Origin: a virus
Lineage: Duplodnaviria; Caudoviricetes
DNA length: 64,000 bases
IMG/VR virus record: IMGVR_UViG_2904156775_000002
Location: 11,714-75,713 of that record
Strand: one strand, 5' to 3'
The position numbers and the translations under genes were made by a program. Positions 9,638 to 19,947 of this stretch are shown in pieces. The notes beneath the pieces were generated by a model. It was not told the origin of the DNA. It was given only the letters and a program-made list of their open reading frames with translations, and did no database searches. The stretch's first letter is position 1, and each line of letters opens with the position of its first letter.

Positions 9638-12600
9638 ATGCTAAGCCAGCTAGGAACGCTGGATTTATCTCTTAAGCCGGCAAGACCAAGACTCTTTCTA
9701 GCCAAACCTAACCGTGAAATCATAGCCAAGCTATCCGAAGTCAGCGGTATCAAGCGAGAGGTTTCCTTGACGGAGCTCTCTACCCTCTCCTTTCAACTTC
9801 CGTACTACGTCGATCAAAACAACGAGCTCGTAAGAAACCGGAATGTGGATCTGCTGCGAGAGAGATATCATTTGAAGGTTGTGACGGAGCATGCAACGGA
9901 TTGGTATATCATTACAAAGGTCAATGAGAGTACGGGAGATCGGGGAGATTCTAAAAGCGTTCAGTGCATCCATCTCCCCCAGGAATTGAATGACAAAATA
10001 ATCGGCGGCTACAAAAAAGATTCTCGAAACGCTAGACAAGTGCTGGAAGATGTGCTTTCACTCACCACCTCCTGGAGTATTGGTTATATGGATGCGGATT
10101 ATGAATTGTCCTATCGCTCTTGGGAGTTCCCGGATAATACGCTGCTGGATGCCGTCTTTACAATAATGGAGAAATACAATGCCATTGTGGAATGGGATAC
10201 CGAGCAGCGTAAGATCAATATGATTAAGCCTGAGCTGCATGGAACCAATAAGCTTGGCGTATTCTCCCATCAGAAATACTTAAAATCCGTTGACAAAGAA
10301 TCCAACGCCGAGATCGTCGTCACGAGATTGCGGCCAATCGGAAAAGAAGGTATGGGCATTGAGCGGCTTACGCCGAGCGGAAGCCCTTATCTGGAAGATT
10401 TCAGCTACTGGATGTATCCATTCGAGCGCGACTCTAAGGGCACTACGGTCCAGCCAAGCTACTTTATGAGTGACGAGCTATGCCATGCTTTGTTAGATTA
10501 TCAGCAGTTGCAAGAAAGCTATAAAGGCCAATTCGGTGCTCTAATTGAAATGGGAGATGAATATGCCCGGACGCAAGCCTCAAGAAGAACGGAATTGAAT
10601 GTGCTCAAAAATGAACTGGCCGCCATTACTCAGATTCAGCTTGGGCAGCAATTCAATGACAAGATGTTATTTGATCAGTCTACATTCAACGGCGGTGTGA
10701 AGACTGTAAAATTCCAGATTGATCCCAAACATCATTATGCAGTACTGATCAAGTTGTCCGACAGTTCGAACAAGACCGTTTCGGTGAATAACATACCGGT
10801 CGCTCTTTCGGGAGGCAAGTGGGAGCTTACTCGGAAGCTATTGGGAACCGGGGATGTCAGCGTCTCCCTCTCCGGATCAGGACAAGCTGAATTATTTATC
10901 CAGGTAGCCAACATCACCAATGCCGAATATAGTGCTTCCAATAATGGCCCTGCCATCATCAACAGATATAATTTTGATCATAAGAAAAGTGAAATCGCAG
11001 ATAAAGAAACTGTGATTCAGCAAATTCAAAACCAGCTAAACATCATTGATTCGGAAAAAAGTCAAATTCAAGAAGCTCTTTCCTTGCAGCAAAATTTCAG
11101 CCCTGAACTGATTCGAGAGCTTGATACTTTTATTTTTGAGCAAAAGTATGTCAACGAATCTCTTATTGAGGCCAAGGACATTTTAGAAGAAGGAAAAAAG
11201 AAATTTGAAGAATTCCGCATGCCACAGCTTCACTTGAAAATGGATATCGTCAACTTCCTGGAATATCTGGAGGAACAGCGGAACTGGTCCAAGCTTCTGC
11301 TCGGAGATAAAGTAATCGTAAAATACGACGTCTTCAACATGCTGATCGAAGCAAAAATCGTCAAAATCGACTTCGATTACGAAAGCTCCAATATCAGTCT
11401 TACTATAGCCAACTTTAAGGACTTGTCTACCAATCGATCTATGTTGGAGAAGTATATATACAACTCCAACAAAACAACCACAATTGTCAATGATCATAAG
11501 GACAAGTGGAACCAAGCCATTGTCGATAACAGCGATTTCAGCCGTATATTCGATCAATTCTGGGACAAGGTTACGAATCAGATTAATATGGCTGTTAATC
11601 AAACGGTCCATATTGGCGACAACGGCATTACCGTCTATGATACGCATGATCCTTTACGATTTCTGCGAATGACGAATGGAGCCATTGGACTCACCCGAAG
11701 CGGCGGATTGCGTTATGAAACCGCGCTTACTCCAGACGGTATTATTGCTGAGATGGTACTAGGGAAATTAATTTTAGGCCAACGGGTGACGATCGGGGAT
11801 GAGAACGGCATCTGGCTGACAGAAGGCCCTAAGACTACCATTACCGATCGATGCGGCCGTGTGGCTATGAAGCTGGGATTGTATGAAGAAAACCCGGACA
11901 AATTCGGCATGGTCATTCATCGCTATGACGATGTGACCCCATGCTCCTCCACCCTGCTCAACCGAATTATCACCAATTCTGAGGAAGGGTTTAAAATACA
12001 ACAATGGGACGGCCGAGAGTTTAAGGATAAGTTCTATGCCGATTTGAATGGTCTTCTCTTCGCTGAAGACATGACTGCCAAACGGTTACGAATCGTATCT
12101 GGGTCGGACGAGCTTATACTGGATAGCTATACCAAATATATGAACATCGGCAAGTTTGACGAGATTATTCTTGACGGCAAGCTTACCGCAATTGAAAAGC
12201 TGCAGGTTCTGGGAGAACGTACTCGCATCATCTCCGAGTATCAGAAGCTGCTCGATCAAGCTAATACCTATAAGCAAACCACTCGCGACACCAGTATTCG
12301 GATCAATACCGACGCCTTTACAAGCAGCTATCAAGCATTGCTGCTCTACCTGGCTCCCCTGCTCACGAATATGGATGAGACCTCTGAGATTGATCGGGAT
12401 GAATTCATAGCCAAATTCAAAGCGTACTATGATGAAGTAACTGCAATCATCAATGCCATTAATGACTCCATCAAGTACTCTTCCGTTCAATTTGGATCAA
12501 TGTTCAACAATGTGCTGATCGACTACGCTACTGGAATTACGGTAACCCGCAGTGACAACTTGTATCGATCCGTGATGAGCGGCACCCGAGGATTTGCTAT

Positions 12601-13561
12601 ACAGCGAAACACAGCTTCAGCTGATAAACCTCAATGGTCGGATGTCTTCTGGGCTGACTTAAACGGTATTGTCCATGCTCAGGGAATTAGAATTAAAGAT
12701 TCATTTATAACGGATGGCGGTATCGAAGGCTCATATATCATATTACGTGACGGCTCTAATGGAGTTATGAAGCTTTATCCTTCTGAAGGTCTATGGGCAG
12801 GAGCGGAACAGGCTGCTGATGCTCCCTTCTGGGTTTCCCCGAAAGGAAAGCTCAAGATCGCAGGTAACGGCGGCTCTGTTCTTATTGATACGGAAGCAGG
12901 AATTATGAACCTGAACAATATCAATGTCATTGGCACGGGCCGAATTGAAGCCGATTCCATTATTGTGAATACGGCTATCGCAGGTATGGGGGTTATATCG
13001 AACCTATCCGTGAACAAGCTGATTACATTTGATAAAGCAGATACCGTGGGAACGGTAGCCGATTATATTCATATTGAAAAGAATAAGTTAATGCTCAAGA
13101 CCGGTATAATTGATAGTCGTACGCAACTAAGCTCCAATGAGAAGCTATTGTTTTGGACAGATTCAAGCAAATCAAAAGCCACCACAGATCCCACTCCCTT
13201 TCCGATATGGCAGTTAGAGGTTAAAGACAAAGATAAGTTTATACTGGGATTTGAAGGCAGCGGCAACGATGGCATTCCATACATCCATATGGGACTAGGC
13301 GATGGAGTCAATGGCGACAGTGGTAAAGGTATCATCCGAAAGCCCAACGGCCAATGGAACTTTGTCTACCAGAACAACAATTACGCAAGAGAACGAAGAT
13401 TGCTGTTTCTGAATGATGGAATGGAAATCTCTGTCGAAACGGGATTTCTTGAGATCAAGCATGACAGCGGAAGTATGATCAAGCTCAATAGCAATGGCTC
13501 GATCGATATTAACGCGAATGGCGCGATTAATTTCTCAGGCACTCAGTATAATTTTAAGTAG
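9638..13561 (+). CDS. Tal / baseplate hub-tail spike protein with gp5/gpV-like beta-helix C-terminus
   Basis: Prophage-tail N-terminus (LFLAKPNREII, VVTRLRPIGKEG), DGIIAEMVLGKLILG, C-terminal LEIKHDSGSMIKLNSNGSIDINANGAINF. Confidence 0.8.
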   Translation: MLSQLGTLDLSLKPARPRLFLAKPNREIIAKLSEVSGIKREVSLTELSTLSFQLPYYVDQNNELVRNRNVDLLRERYHLKVVTEHATDWYIITKVNESTGDRGDSKSVQCIHLPQELNDKIIGGYKKDSRNARQVLEDVLSLTTSWSIGYMDADYELSYRSWEFPDNTLLDAVFTIMEKYNAIVEWDTEQRKINMIKPELHGTNKLGVFSHQKYLKSVDKESNAEIVVTRLRPIGKEGMGIERLTPSGSPYLEDFSYWMYPFERDSKGTTVQPSYFMSDELCHALLDYQQLQESYKGQFGALIEMGDEYARTQASRRTELNVLKNELAAITQIQLGQQFNDKMLFDQSTFNGGVKTVKFQIDPKHHYAVLIKLSDSSNKTVSVNNIPVALSGGKWELTRKLLGTGDVSVSLSGSGQAELFIQVANITNAEYSASNNGPAIINRYNFDHKKSEIADKETVIQQIQNQLNIIDSEKSQIQEALSLQQNFSPELIRELDTFIFEQKYVNESLIEAKDILEEGKKKFEEFRMPQLHLKMDIVNFLEYLEEQRNWSKLLLGDKVIVKYDVFNMLIEAKIVKIDFDYESSNISLTIANFKDLSTNRSMLEKYIYNSNKTTTIVNDHKDKWNQAIVDNSDFSRIFDQFWDKVTNQINMAVNQTVHIGDNGITVYDTHDPLRFLRMTNGAIGLTRSGGLRYETALTPDGIIAEMVLGKLILGQRVTIGDENGIWLTEGPKTTITDRCGRVAMKLGLYEENPDKFGMVIHRYDDVTPCSSTLLNRIITNSEEGFKIQQWDGREFKDKFYADLNGLLFAEDMTAKRLRIVSGSDELILDSYTKYMNIGKFDEIILDGKLTAIEKLQVLGERTRIISEYQKLLDQANTYKQTTRDTSIRINTDAFTSSYQALLLYLAPLLTNMDETSEIDRDEFIAKFKAYYDEVTAIINAINDSIKYSSVQFGSMFNNVLIDYATGITVTRSDNLYRSVMSGTRGFAIQRNTASADKPQWSDVFWADLNGIVHAQGIRIKDSFITDGGIEGSYIILRDGSNGVMKLYPSEGLWAGAEQAADAPFWVSPKGKLKIAGNGGSVLIDTEAGIMNLNNINVIGTGRIEADSIIVNTAIAGMGVISNLSVNKLITFDKADTVGTVADYIHIEKNKLMLKTGIIDSRTQLSSNEKLLFWTDSSKSKATTDPTPFPIWQLEVKDKDKFILGFEGSGNDGIPYIHMGLGDGVNGDSGKGIIRKPNGQWNFVYQNNNYARERRLLFLNDGMEISVETGFLEIKHDSGSMIKLNSNGSIDINANGAINFSGTQYNFK

Positions 13562-13596
13562 TCTAATAGATAGTTTTATCTTAAAGGGGTGATCGA

Positions 13597-14100
13597 ATGG
13601 CTGGTGCAGCAATACATGGCTCAACAATAACGCCAGTAATTAAACCTAATCATGTGACTTATGATATTGAGGAATATCAGGAAACACGACCAAGATATTG
13701 TGCTGAGCAAGATCCAGAGCAACCCGATAAGTGCCTCGAATGGGTTCCTGCAGAATATGGATGGGTAAAAACAGGCTCAGGATCTACTGGCGCCAAAATT
13801 ACAGGATCGGTTTCTTGCCCTGCATCCAAACTTAAAATACAAAGCAACAATGTTGCCAAAGTTGGTGACTTCACGATTGAGACTTGGGTTGCTGAGCCTC
13901 CTATTCCCTCAGATACTTCCTCCAAAAAATATGTGAATGTTAAGCCATTCCCACCGGGCAATGGACAAGGAACTATCACTGGCAGCAATAACAAGGCCTA
14001 TTTATCTTCATCGAACATTGCAATGGTTGGTTCGCAAGTCACGACACACCTAGGTGTTACGACCACCATTGCAGACGGCAACACCAAATTGAATTTCTAG
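13597..14100 (+). CDS. PAAR-like spike-tip protein
   Basis: Three degenerate PAAR repeats: MAGAAIHGS, KIQSNNVAKVGD, LSSSNIAMVGSQV...IADGNTKLNF; directly after the beta-helix spike gene. Confidence 0.6.
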   Translation: MAGAAIHGSTITPVIKPNHVTYDIEEYQETRPRYCAEQDPEQPDKCLEWVPAEYGWVKTGSGSTGAKITGSVSCPASKLKIQSNNVAKVGDFTIETWVAEPPIPSDTSSKKYVNVKPFPPGNGQGTITGSNNKAYLSSSNIAMVGSQVTTHLGVTTTIADGNTKLNF

Positions 14101-14116
14101 CTAAGGAGGTGATACA

Positions 14117-15286
14117 TTGCCAACATTGCAAACATATTTAGAATATATCGACCCCACGGTGGGTACATGGAGAAGCGGCCGTCCAGGGGATGAATACAAA
14201 TCTCGAATTGATTCACTTCCTGTCATCAATAGCAAAATTACGCTGCTTGAAATGCCCTCTGAATCACATAAAGTGATGATTTCAGGATTCAGTGAGCTTT
14301 CTCTGGACCAATTCCGGAGAAAAAAAACGATTGCGGAAAAAGAATTTTTCGTTGACTATACTACGGGAATTGTACAATTCCATCGGAACAATGAGGGTAA
14401 AACATTTACTTTGTCCTATCATGGAAAGGGCCTTATTGTCATTCCCGCTTCTCGTATTTATACGATGATTCAAAAAAATCCAGATGTCATTATTACTCTG
14501 CAAGACTACATAGATGAGCTTAAGATCTATATTCAGCAACTGGATCTCAAAATGGATGAAACGATTAAAGCCATTCAAGATGCAATTCAAGCTACAGCTC
14601 ATGCTAATTTGGCAGCTGATCATGCCGTCTTAGCTACAGAAGAAGCTATCAAGGCTACTGATGACGCGAGAAAAGCAGCTGAATCCACTCTAGTTATCAG
14701 AAAAGAACCTGTTGATACCTTTGATGATCTCATTAAAGCCTATCCTTCTCCTGAAAACGGATGGCAAGTTACCCTTAACTCCACCGCTGATATTTACCGT
14801 TTTAATTCCCAGTCTGGATTATGGGAGCTAGTTGGAAATTTCTTGGGCGGCTCTATTCCTAATGCAACAGACCAACAGGATGGATTGTTATCAAAAGAAG
14901 ATTTCTCCAAATTGAGAAGAATTGATGAGAAAACATACTCCAAAAGAGTCCTAGTGTTTGTATTACCCACAATTGAAGTTGGCATACAACCCATTATAGC
15001 TAGGCTTCCATTCAAAGGAAGGGTTATTGGTGCGAGAGCATTGTGCGGAACAAGAGGTGGAGGCAACACAGTAATTTCTATTGAAACTTCATCGGATATG
15101 ATGAACTGGCAAAGTATATTAGCCTCCAATATTGTGATTTTGGATAACCAGTATTTTGACGATGGAACAGGAAGCTTATCTAACGTAGAAGTGCCTGAAA
15201 ACACTTTGTTTAGGTTGGATGTGTTGGAAGTGGGAACTAATGTTCAGAATATTACTTTAGAAGTGATGATAGAAACAACTATTTGA
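14117..15286 (+). CDS. Tail fibre/baseplate-associated protein
   Basis: FFVDYTTGIVQF, Ala-rich coiled coil, DGLLSKEDFSKL fibre motif; RBS aaggagg. Confidence 0.65.
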   Translation: MPTLQTYLEYIDPTVGTWRSGRPGDEYKSRIDSLPVINSKITLLEMPSESHKVMISGFSELSLDQFRRKKTIAEKEFFVDYTTGIVQFHRNNEGKTFTLSYHGKGLIVIPASRIYTMIQKNPDVIITLQDYIDELKIYIQQLDLKMDETIKAIQDAIQATAHANLAADHAVLATEEAIKATDDARKAAESTLVIRKEPVDTFDDLIKAYPSPENGWQVTLNSTADIYRFNSQSGLWELVGNFLGGSIPNATDQQDGLLSKEDFSKLRRIDEKTYSKRVLVFVLPTIEVGIQPIIARLPFKGRVIGARALCGTRGGGNTVISIETSSDMMNWQSILASNIVILDNQYFDDGTGSLSNVEVPENTLFRLDVLEVGTNVQNITLEVMIETTI

Positions 15287-15296
15287 TTAGAGAGGG

Positions 15297-16034
15297 ATGG
15301 TATACATGACTAAACCAGTAATTTATTGGTACGACTCAGCACACAGCGCACAAATTAAAGAACCGTTTGATTTTGGAGTAATTGACGCAGGAGATGAAAG
15401 TAATGTGTTTACTTTTAACATTTGGAATAATAGATATGAAGCATCCAAGGACAATTACTCTGACGTATCGAAAATGGAAGATTGCACAATTACAACTAGA
15501 GATATGTCTGGTGGGACAGGTTCTATTAATGGCAACATAGTCGAATCTGTGCGAGACAATTGGTTCCATGCACAAGTGGATTCCCTTGGTGAGACAGATT
15601 TAACGGAGTCCTCTTCTCGTATTGGTGCATCATATTCCAAGGTTGTAGGAACAACTGGCACTACAAAGCATAGAAAGAGCTTAACCGCAACTACTTGGAT
15701 GGCATCGACTGCTTATACTGTTGGTCAAGCTGTTGTTCCTGCCACAGCTAACGGATTTGTTTACGTCTGCAAGACTGCGGGAACATCTAACGCTTTTGCA
15801 CCTACTTGGAGTACGATATCAGGTGAAACTGTAAATGACGGTTCTGTGGCTTGGGATGTAATTGCAATTAATCACACACCAAAGGCAGGCGAAATTTTGG
15901 GTGTGCAAAACAATGGTGTTGCCGCAAATTCTGGCGGCAATTTTATCACTGTAACCATCCAAGCACAAGTACCACTTACTGCTTCGGCGGGAAGACAAAA
16001 TATGAAATTACGTCTTTCCTATCGTTATGTGTAA
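15297..16034 (+). CDS. Phage structural protein with one Trp-rich carbohydrate-binding-like repeat
   Basis: FDFGVIDAG...FNIWNNR; WMASTAYTVGQAVVP...YVCKTAGTS...PTW repeat like that of 8335-8970. Confidence 0.6.
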   Translation: MVYMTKPVIYWYDSAHSAQIKEPFDFGVIDAGDESNVFTFNIWNNRYEASKDNYSDVSKMEDCTITTRDMSGGTGSINGNIVESVRDNWFHAQVDSLGETDLTESSSRIGASYSKVVGTTGTTKHRKSLTATTWMASTAYTVGQAVVPATANGFVYVCKTAGTSNAFAPTWSTISGETVNDGSVAWDVIAINHTPKAGEILGVQNNGVAANSGGNFITVTIQAQVPLTASAGRQNMKLRLSYRYV

Positions 16035-16070
16035 ACTAATAAAGGAAAATAGTATCTAACAAAAACATTA

Positions 16071-16110
16071 AGGGTGAGGGGTGAAATATATCTCTCACCC
16101 TTTTTTTCTT
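16071..16110 (+). terminator. Rho-independent terminator
   Basis: agggtgagggg...tctctcaccct followed by T tract. Confidence 0.7.
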
Positions 16111-16147
16111 TATATAAAAATATATCCAATACAATGGAGATGAAAAT

Positions 16148-16765
16148 ATGTTTATTTTAGGAAACAGAAGCATGACGAATTCACCAGTTGATTTTCAAGA
16201 CTTTTCGTGGATAGTTGAATATTCGGATGGTACACATCTAGCGGAATTTGACTTTGAATCAAAAAAACCAAATAACTTTTATGCGATAGATAAATCAAAA
16301 GCGATTCGATTCGGCCTAATCGGGAACAATTCGCAAGCTTATTTCGATATAGGCAATGGAATATTTACGGTCAACAATCATCGTTTCACAGTCTCCTATG
16401 AAGCTAATAATATAGAGTACCCATTGACAGGCAGATCATTGATTTATAATGATTTAATCACATATAAGGATGCTGTATCAGATGCATCTGTATTTAGCAG
16501 GAAAAACAGAGGTAGATTCAACGACACCATTACTCAATACAATTTTGGTTATAAGAAGAAGATGGAACTCTTAGATGTGAACATCTACTATCAGTGTGTC
16601 TTGAGTCTTCCCATCAATGGGACTGCATTCTTTCAAATCAAAATTTCTTCTGACAAAGACCTAAATGGTAAATTGATTTTCAGGAGAAATGGTAAAATAG
16701 TTGACGCTATAGAAGCACCATTACTTCAAGACATGTCTGGAAATATGAATTGGACTTTAAAATAA
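16148..16765 (+). CDS. Phage hypothetical protein (tail region)
   Basis: 205 aa ORF, co-oriented, RBS ggag. Confidence 0.65.
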   Translation: MFILGNRSMTNSPVDFQDFSWIVEYSDGTHLAEFDFESKKPNNFYAIDKSKAIRFGLIGNNSQAYFDIGNGIFTVNNHRFTVSYEANNIEYPLTGRSLIYNDLITYKDAVSDASVFSRKNRGRFNDTITQYNFGYKKKMELLDVNIYYQCVLSLPINGTAFFQIKISSDKDLNGKLIFRRNGKIVDAIEAPLLQDMSGNMNWTLK

Positions 16766-16777
16766 GGAAGTGATTTT

Positions 16778-17356
16778 GTGAGTATACAAGAGATTGGTTT
16801 TGTTATTGATTTGACAAAGGGTACATTTGTAAACACCATGAACAAAGATGGAAAGCTACAATTAGCCGAAATAGGATTAGACGCCAATAACAAGGTTATC
16901 TATGCCGAGCAAGGATATTGGGAATCCACACCTATTGTGATACAAGATAAAATCAAAGCTTTTAGTAAATTAGTTAAATCCGTTTCAATCGCTGGTAATG
17001 CTTCATTTAAAAACTATGTAAGAATTTCCGACGATGGGTACGTATGGGGCGACTACATTGAGGTTGGTGCAAATAACACTGTAACAAATGACTCCACTAA
17101 AAAATACGCAATGATTAAGATTGAAATATTTGGTGGAGAAGGGGATGTTGAAATATTAATCGATGACTTCCTTCAAGCGGGAGTTTATGACACTGATTTT
17201 GTCGATGGTAGCAATGGATTAAGCTTAATAAAAGATAAAAAGAATATTATGGTGGAAGATACTTCTCATATGGGAAACGGAAAGATATTTACTCATTCAG
17301 TAGTAAAAGCAGACTTTAAAAAAATTAATAGGATTAGAGTAAATGCAAAAAAATAA
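16778..17356 (+). CDS. Phage tail-region protein carrying the shared C-terminal GxGKxF motif
   Basis: Ends MGNGKIFTHSVVKADFKKINRIRVNAKK. Confidence 0.65.
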   Translation: MSIQEIGFVIDLTKGTFVNTMNKDGKLQLAEIGLDANNKVIYAEQGYWESTPIVIQDKIKAFSKLVKSVSIAGNASFKNYVRISDDGYVWGDYIEVGANNTVTNDSTKKYAMIKIEIFGGEGDVEILIDDFLQAGVYDTDFVDGSNGLSLIKDKKNIMVEDTSHMGNGKIFTHSVVKADFKKINRIRVNAKK

Positions 17357-17373
17357 TTTGAGGTGATGCTAAT

Positions 17374-18054
17374 ATGACAGTTCCAGCTACTACAGGGCAA
17401 TTGAGAGATAATATTCATGAAATGGAAATCGGTGATTTCATAGCAATGTGTATTAACCCTGATTATGAATTTGGCACAGGAGGAAAGACAGAATGCCCAA
17501 TAATAGGCGTTCCCCACAATGCATCAGTTGGCAATTATTTTTGGTACATGATAAAGGTTGACAAGGGGCTACTTATAAGCGACAGAGTGTGGATTCATAC
17601 ATTCGCTTGGAATGTTATCAATAATAATAAATGCATAGAAGGAATATTTATTCCCGCTTTAAACGGATATATCCGTTCTTTGACTGGCGGTGTTGGTTAT
17701 GTTGGTGTTAATGGTAATTTATCCATGACACAAATCGATTTATCATATGGTGCTTTTCCTGTAAATAATGAATATGACACCTATATTAAACGATCTGATT
17801 TAGATGGGAAAATAACTCCTGATGACGATAATGTATGGCATCATAAACACATTCAAACAGTTGTTCAGGATACCCCTGTTGCGGGTACGCATGTAAGTAT
17901 TGGTGGACAAACAAAAATTGTAACCACCTCGTTGAGAGTATTAAGAGGGTATGATAATAGAATGGACAGTACCTTCAAAGACTTCTCTACTGCAACAACA
18001 AATGAAGGTTGGTCTACTACTGGATTTCGTCCAGTTTTTGAATATAAAGAATGA
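17374..18054 (+). CDS. C-type-lectin-fold (Mtd/FGE-like) phage protein
   Basis: LLISDRV, IRSLTGG, NNEYDTYI and terminal GFRPVFE motifs. Confidence 0.6.
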   Translation: MTVPATTGQLRDNIHEMEIGDFIAMCINPDYEFGTGGKTECPIIGVPHNASVGNYFWYMIKVDKGLLISDRVWIHTFAWNVINNNKCIEGIFIPALNGYIRSLTGGVGYVGVNGNLSMTQIDLSYGAFPVNNEYDTYIKRSDLDGKITPDDDNVWHHKHIQTVVQDTPVAGTHVSIGGQTKIVTTSLRVLRGYDNRMDSTFKDFSTATTNEGWSTTGFRPVFEYKE

Positions 18055-18072
18055 GAAAGGAGTGATTAGTAT

Positions 18073-19896
18073 ATGGCTACAGTAGGACAGCAATTGCCTA
18101 TACCAGAAGTAGGATGGAAAAGAATTGACGATATCAATCCTAGTATTAAATATGCTGGAACAGGATGGACTTCGGTGGCGCGTGACCCAAATACATACGC
18201 TGGTACAGGTACTTACACGACGCTATCTGGTGCTACTAACAATTCTATTCGATTTAGTTTTTATGGAACCAAGATTAGGATTATTGACTTGTATTGGACG
18301 AATAGGGTTATCAATGTAAACATAAGCATTGATGGTATAATTTCATCTTGGAACCCAAATAATTCTATAAATCTATATAAGATGCTTGTGTTTGAGTCAT
18401 TGAATTTACCTTTAGCAACACATGAAGTTGTAATAACAACAAATAGTACAAGCGGTATTTTTTCAATAGATGCTATTGACATTGATTCAGATGGTCGTTT
18501 AATCCATCCTGACGAAGTATTTAAATTAAATGATTTAACTGTAGGCAAACGTATCAGATGCAACTATAAGGCTTCCTCTAATGCTGTAGGCTCTTTCAGT
18601 GGAATAGGAGTGGAAACTAAGGACTTCATACCTGTAGCTTCTTCCGCTACACCAGATGGAGATTTTTATTTCATTATGGTGGAAGATTGGAATAGAAGGA
18701 AGAGATTGATTGCTGACAGAAACATTCAACACAGTATATCTTGGGACACATTGAATATGTTTGGTCTTACGACTGGAAATAGGGTTGAAATTACATTAGA
18801 TGATGGCACAAGGGTTGATCCAAACATTCGTCTTTTAACAGGTGGCACAACTGCTACGGATAAAGATAATGAGTGGGACAAATATATTGTCAACTCCACA
18901 TTAAACAATACGATCATTGCAGGAGATAATAATGTATGGAACTGGAATGTGGGAATTACATCTTGGACTACAACAACTCCGGCAAACAATCCTTCTCTTA
19001 GAGTCAGAAGAGGGTATAACTCTTCGGTAAACACTTGGCTAGGAGATGCGCCAAGTAGTGGTGGGAACTATCTGTCATATAGTGCATTTCGACCAATGAT
19101 GATAATTGAAATTCCCTTATCATACACATTATTTTATAATAATGGAGAATATAAGAGGTGGATAGAAGGGAATAAAGAGGTTAAAAGTTCATATACAGAT
19201 GATTTAGTTCCTAAAATGATATCAAATAACTCTCCATATGGTGTAGTTAGAGCGAGTTCAACTTATGCATCAGTATCCCCATATTTAGCGTTTGACGATT
19301 CAAACACTACCGAAGCAAGCGCTTGGATAACAAATGCTACAAAGGCTGGATGGCTTGAATATGAATTTATTTCGCCAAAAATTATCACTAAATACACATT
19401 AGCAAGTCAAAAATTTAGTGGTGGCTCTACTGTTTCTGAATTGTTTGCGAGAGCACCTAAATCATGGACTTTCGAAGGCTCCAATGATGGTGTTATGTGG
19501 GACATTTTAGACACACAAACAAATGTTAGTGTATGGAGAGATGGTGTGAAAAGTGAGTTCGCAATAACCAACACGCAGTCATACCTAAAATATAGAATTA
19601 ATATTACTGAAAATAATGGTTCTACATTTACTGCAATTGGTGAGTTTGAAATGCTTGGCACGATTCCTGCCGTTCCTGCAACACCATCTTATTGGAAAAC
19701 AGTTTCGAGAACATTGCCTAGCGTAGACACTTTTATAAGTGACGGAATGGATTCATACCTATCGTCTCTCGTTAGAAAGATAAAAAAAACTGAGCAGACC
19801 ATGACTGGTGGTAGCGCATTGGGTTCTGGTAAAATGTTCAGATCAACTATTGACTTGAAAAAATGGATTGATATTAGAGGCATAAAGGTGAAGTAG
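18073..19896 (+). CDS. Multidomain adhesin-like protein (jelly-roll, CLec, F5/8 discoidin, shared C-terminal motif)
   Basis: MATVGQQLPIPEVGWKRIDD; LIADRNIQHSISWDTLN...SAFRP; APKSWTFEGSNDG...YRINIT; LGSGKMFRSTIDL. Confidence 0.7.
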   Translation: MATVGQQLPIPEVGWKRIDDINPSIKYAGTGWTSVARDPNTYAGTGTYTTLSGATNNSIRFSFYGTKIRIIDLYWTNRVINVNISIDGIISSWNPNNSINLYKMLVFESLNLPLATHEVVITTNSTSGIFSIDAIDIDSDGRLIHPDEVFKLNDLTVGKRIRCNYKASSNAVGSFSGIGVETKDFIPVASSATPDGDFYFIMVEDWNRRKRLIADRNIQHSISWDTLNMFGLTTGNRVEITLDDGTRVDPNIRLLTGGTTATDKDNEWDKYIVNSTLNNTIIAGDNNVWNWNVGITSWTTTTPANNPSLRVRRGYNSSVNTWLGDAPSSGGNYLSYSAFRPMMIIEIPLSYTLFYNNGEYKRWIEGNKEVKSSYTDDLVPKMISNNSPYGVVRASSTYASVSPYLAFDDSNTTEASAWITNATKAGWLEYEFISPKIITKYTLASQKFSGGSTVSELFARAPKSWTFEGSNDGVMWDILDTQTNVSVWRDGVKSEFAITNTQSYLKYRINITENNGSTFTAIGEFEMLGTIPAVPATPSYWKTVSRTLPSVDTFISDGMDSYLSSLVRKIKKTEQTMTGGSALGSGKMFRSTIDLKKWIDIRGIKVK

Positions 19897-19924
19897 GGCT
19901 ACTGCTCTACTTCTTTTCTTTTTT
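19890..19924 (+). terminator. Rho-independent terminator inside the adhesin array
   Basis: gaagtagggc...gctctacttc followed by T tract. Confidence 0.6.
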
Positions 19925-19947
19925 ATGACAATAAGATTGGATGTGGG

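Noticed and set aside
486-16034. Contractile injection system (eCIS or R-type tailocin) suggested by the PAAR-like gene
   Set aside because: No sheath, baseplate wedge or LysM hub genes recognised; the Dit/Tal layout indicates a non-contractile tail
17374-19140. Diversity-generating retroelement targeting the two CLec domains ending in GFRP/AFRP
   Set aside because: No reverse transcriptase and no near-identical template repeat differing at adenines is visible in the window; a remote DGR cannot be excluded
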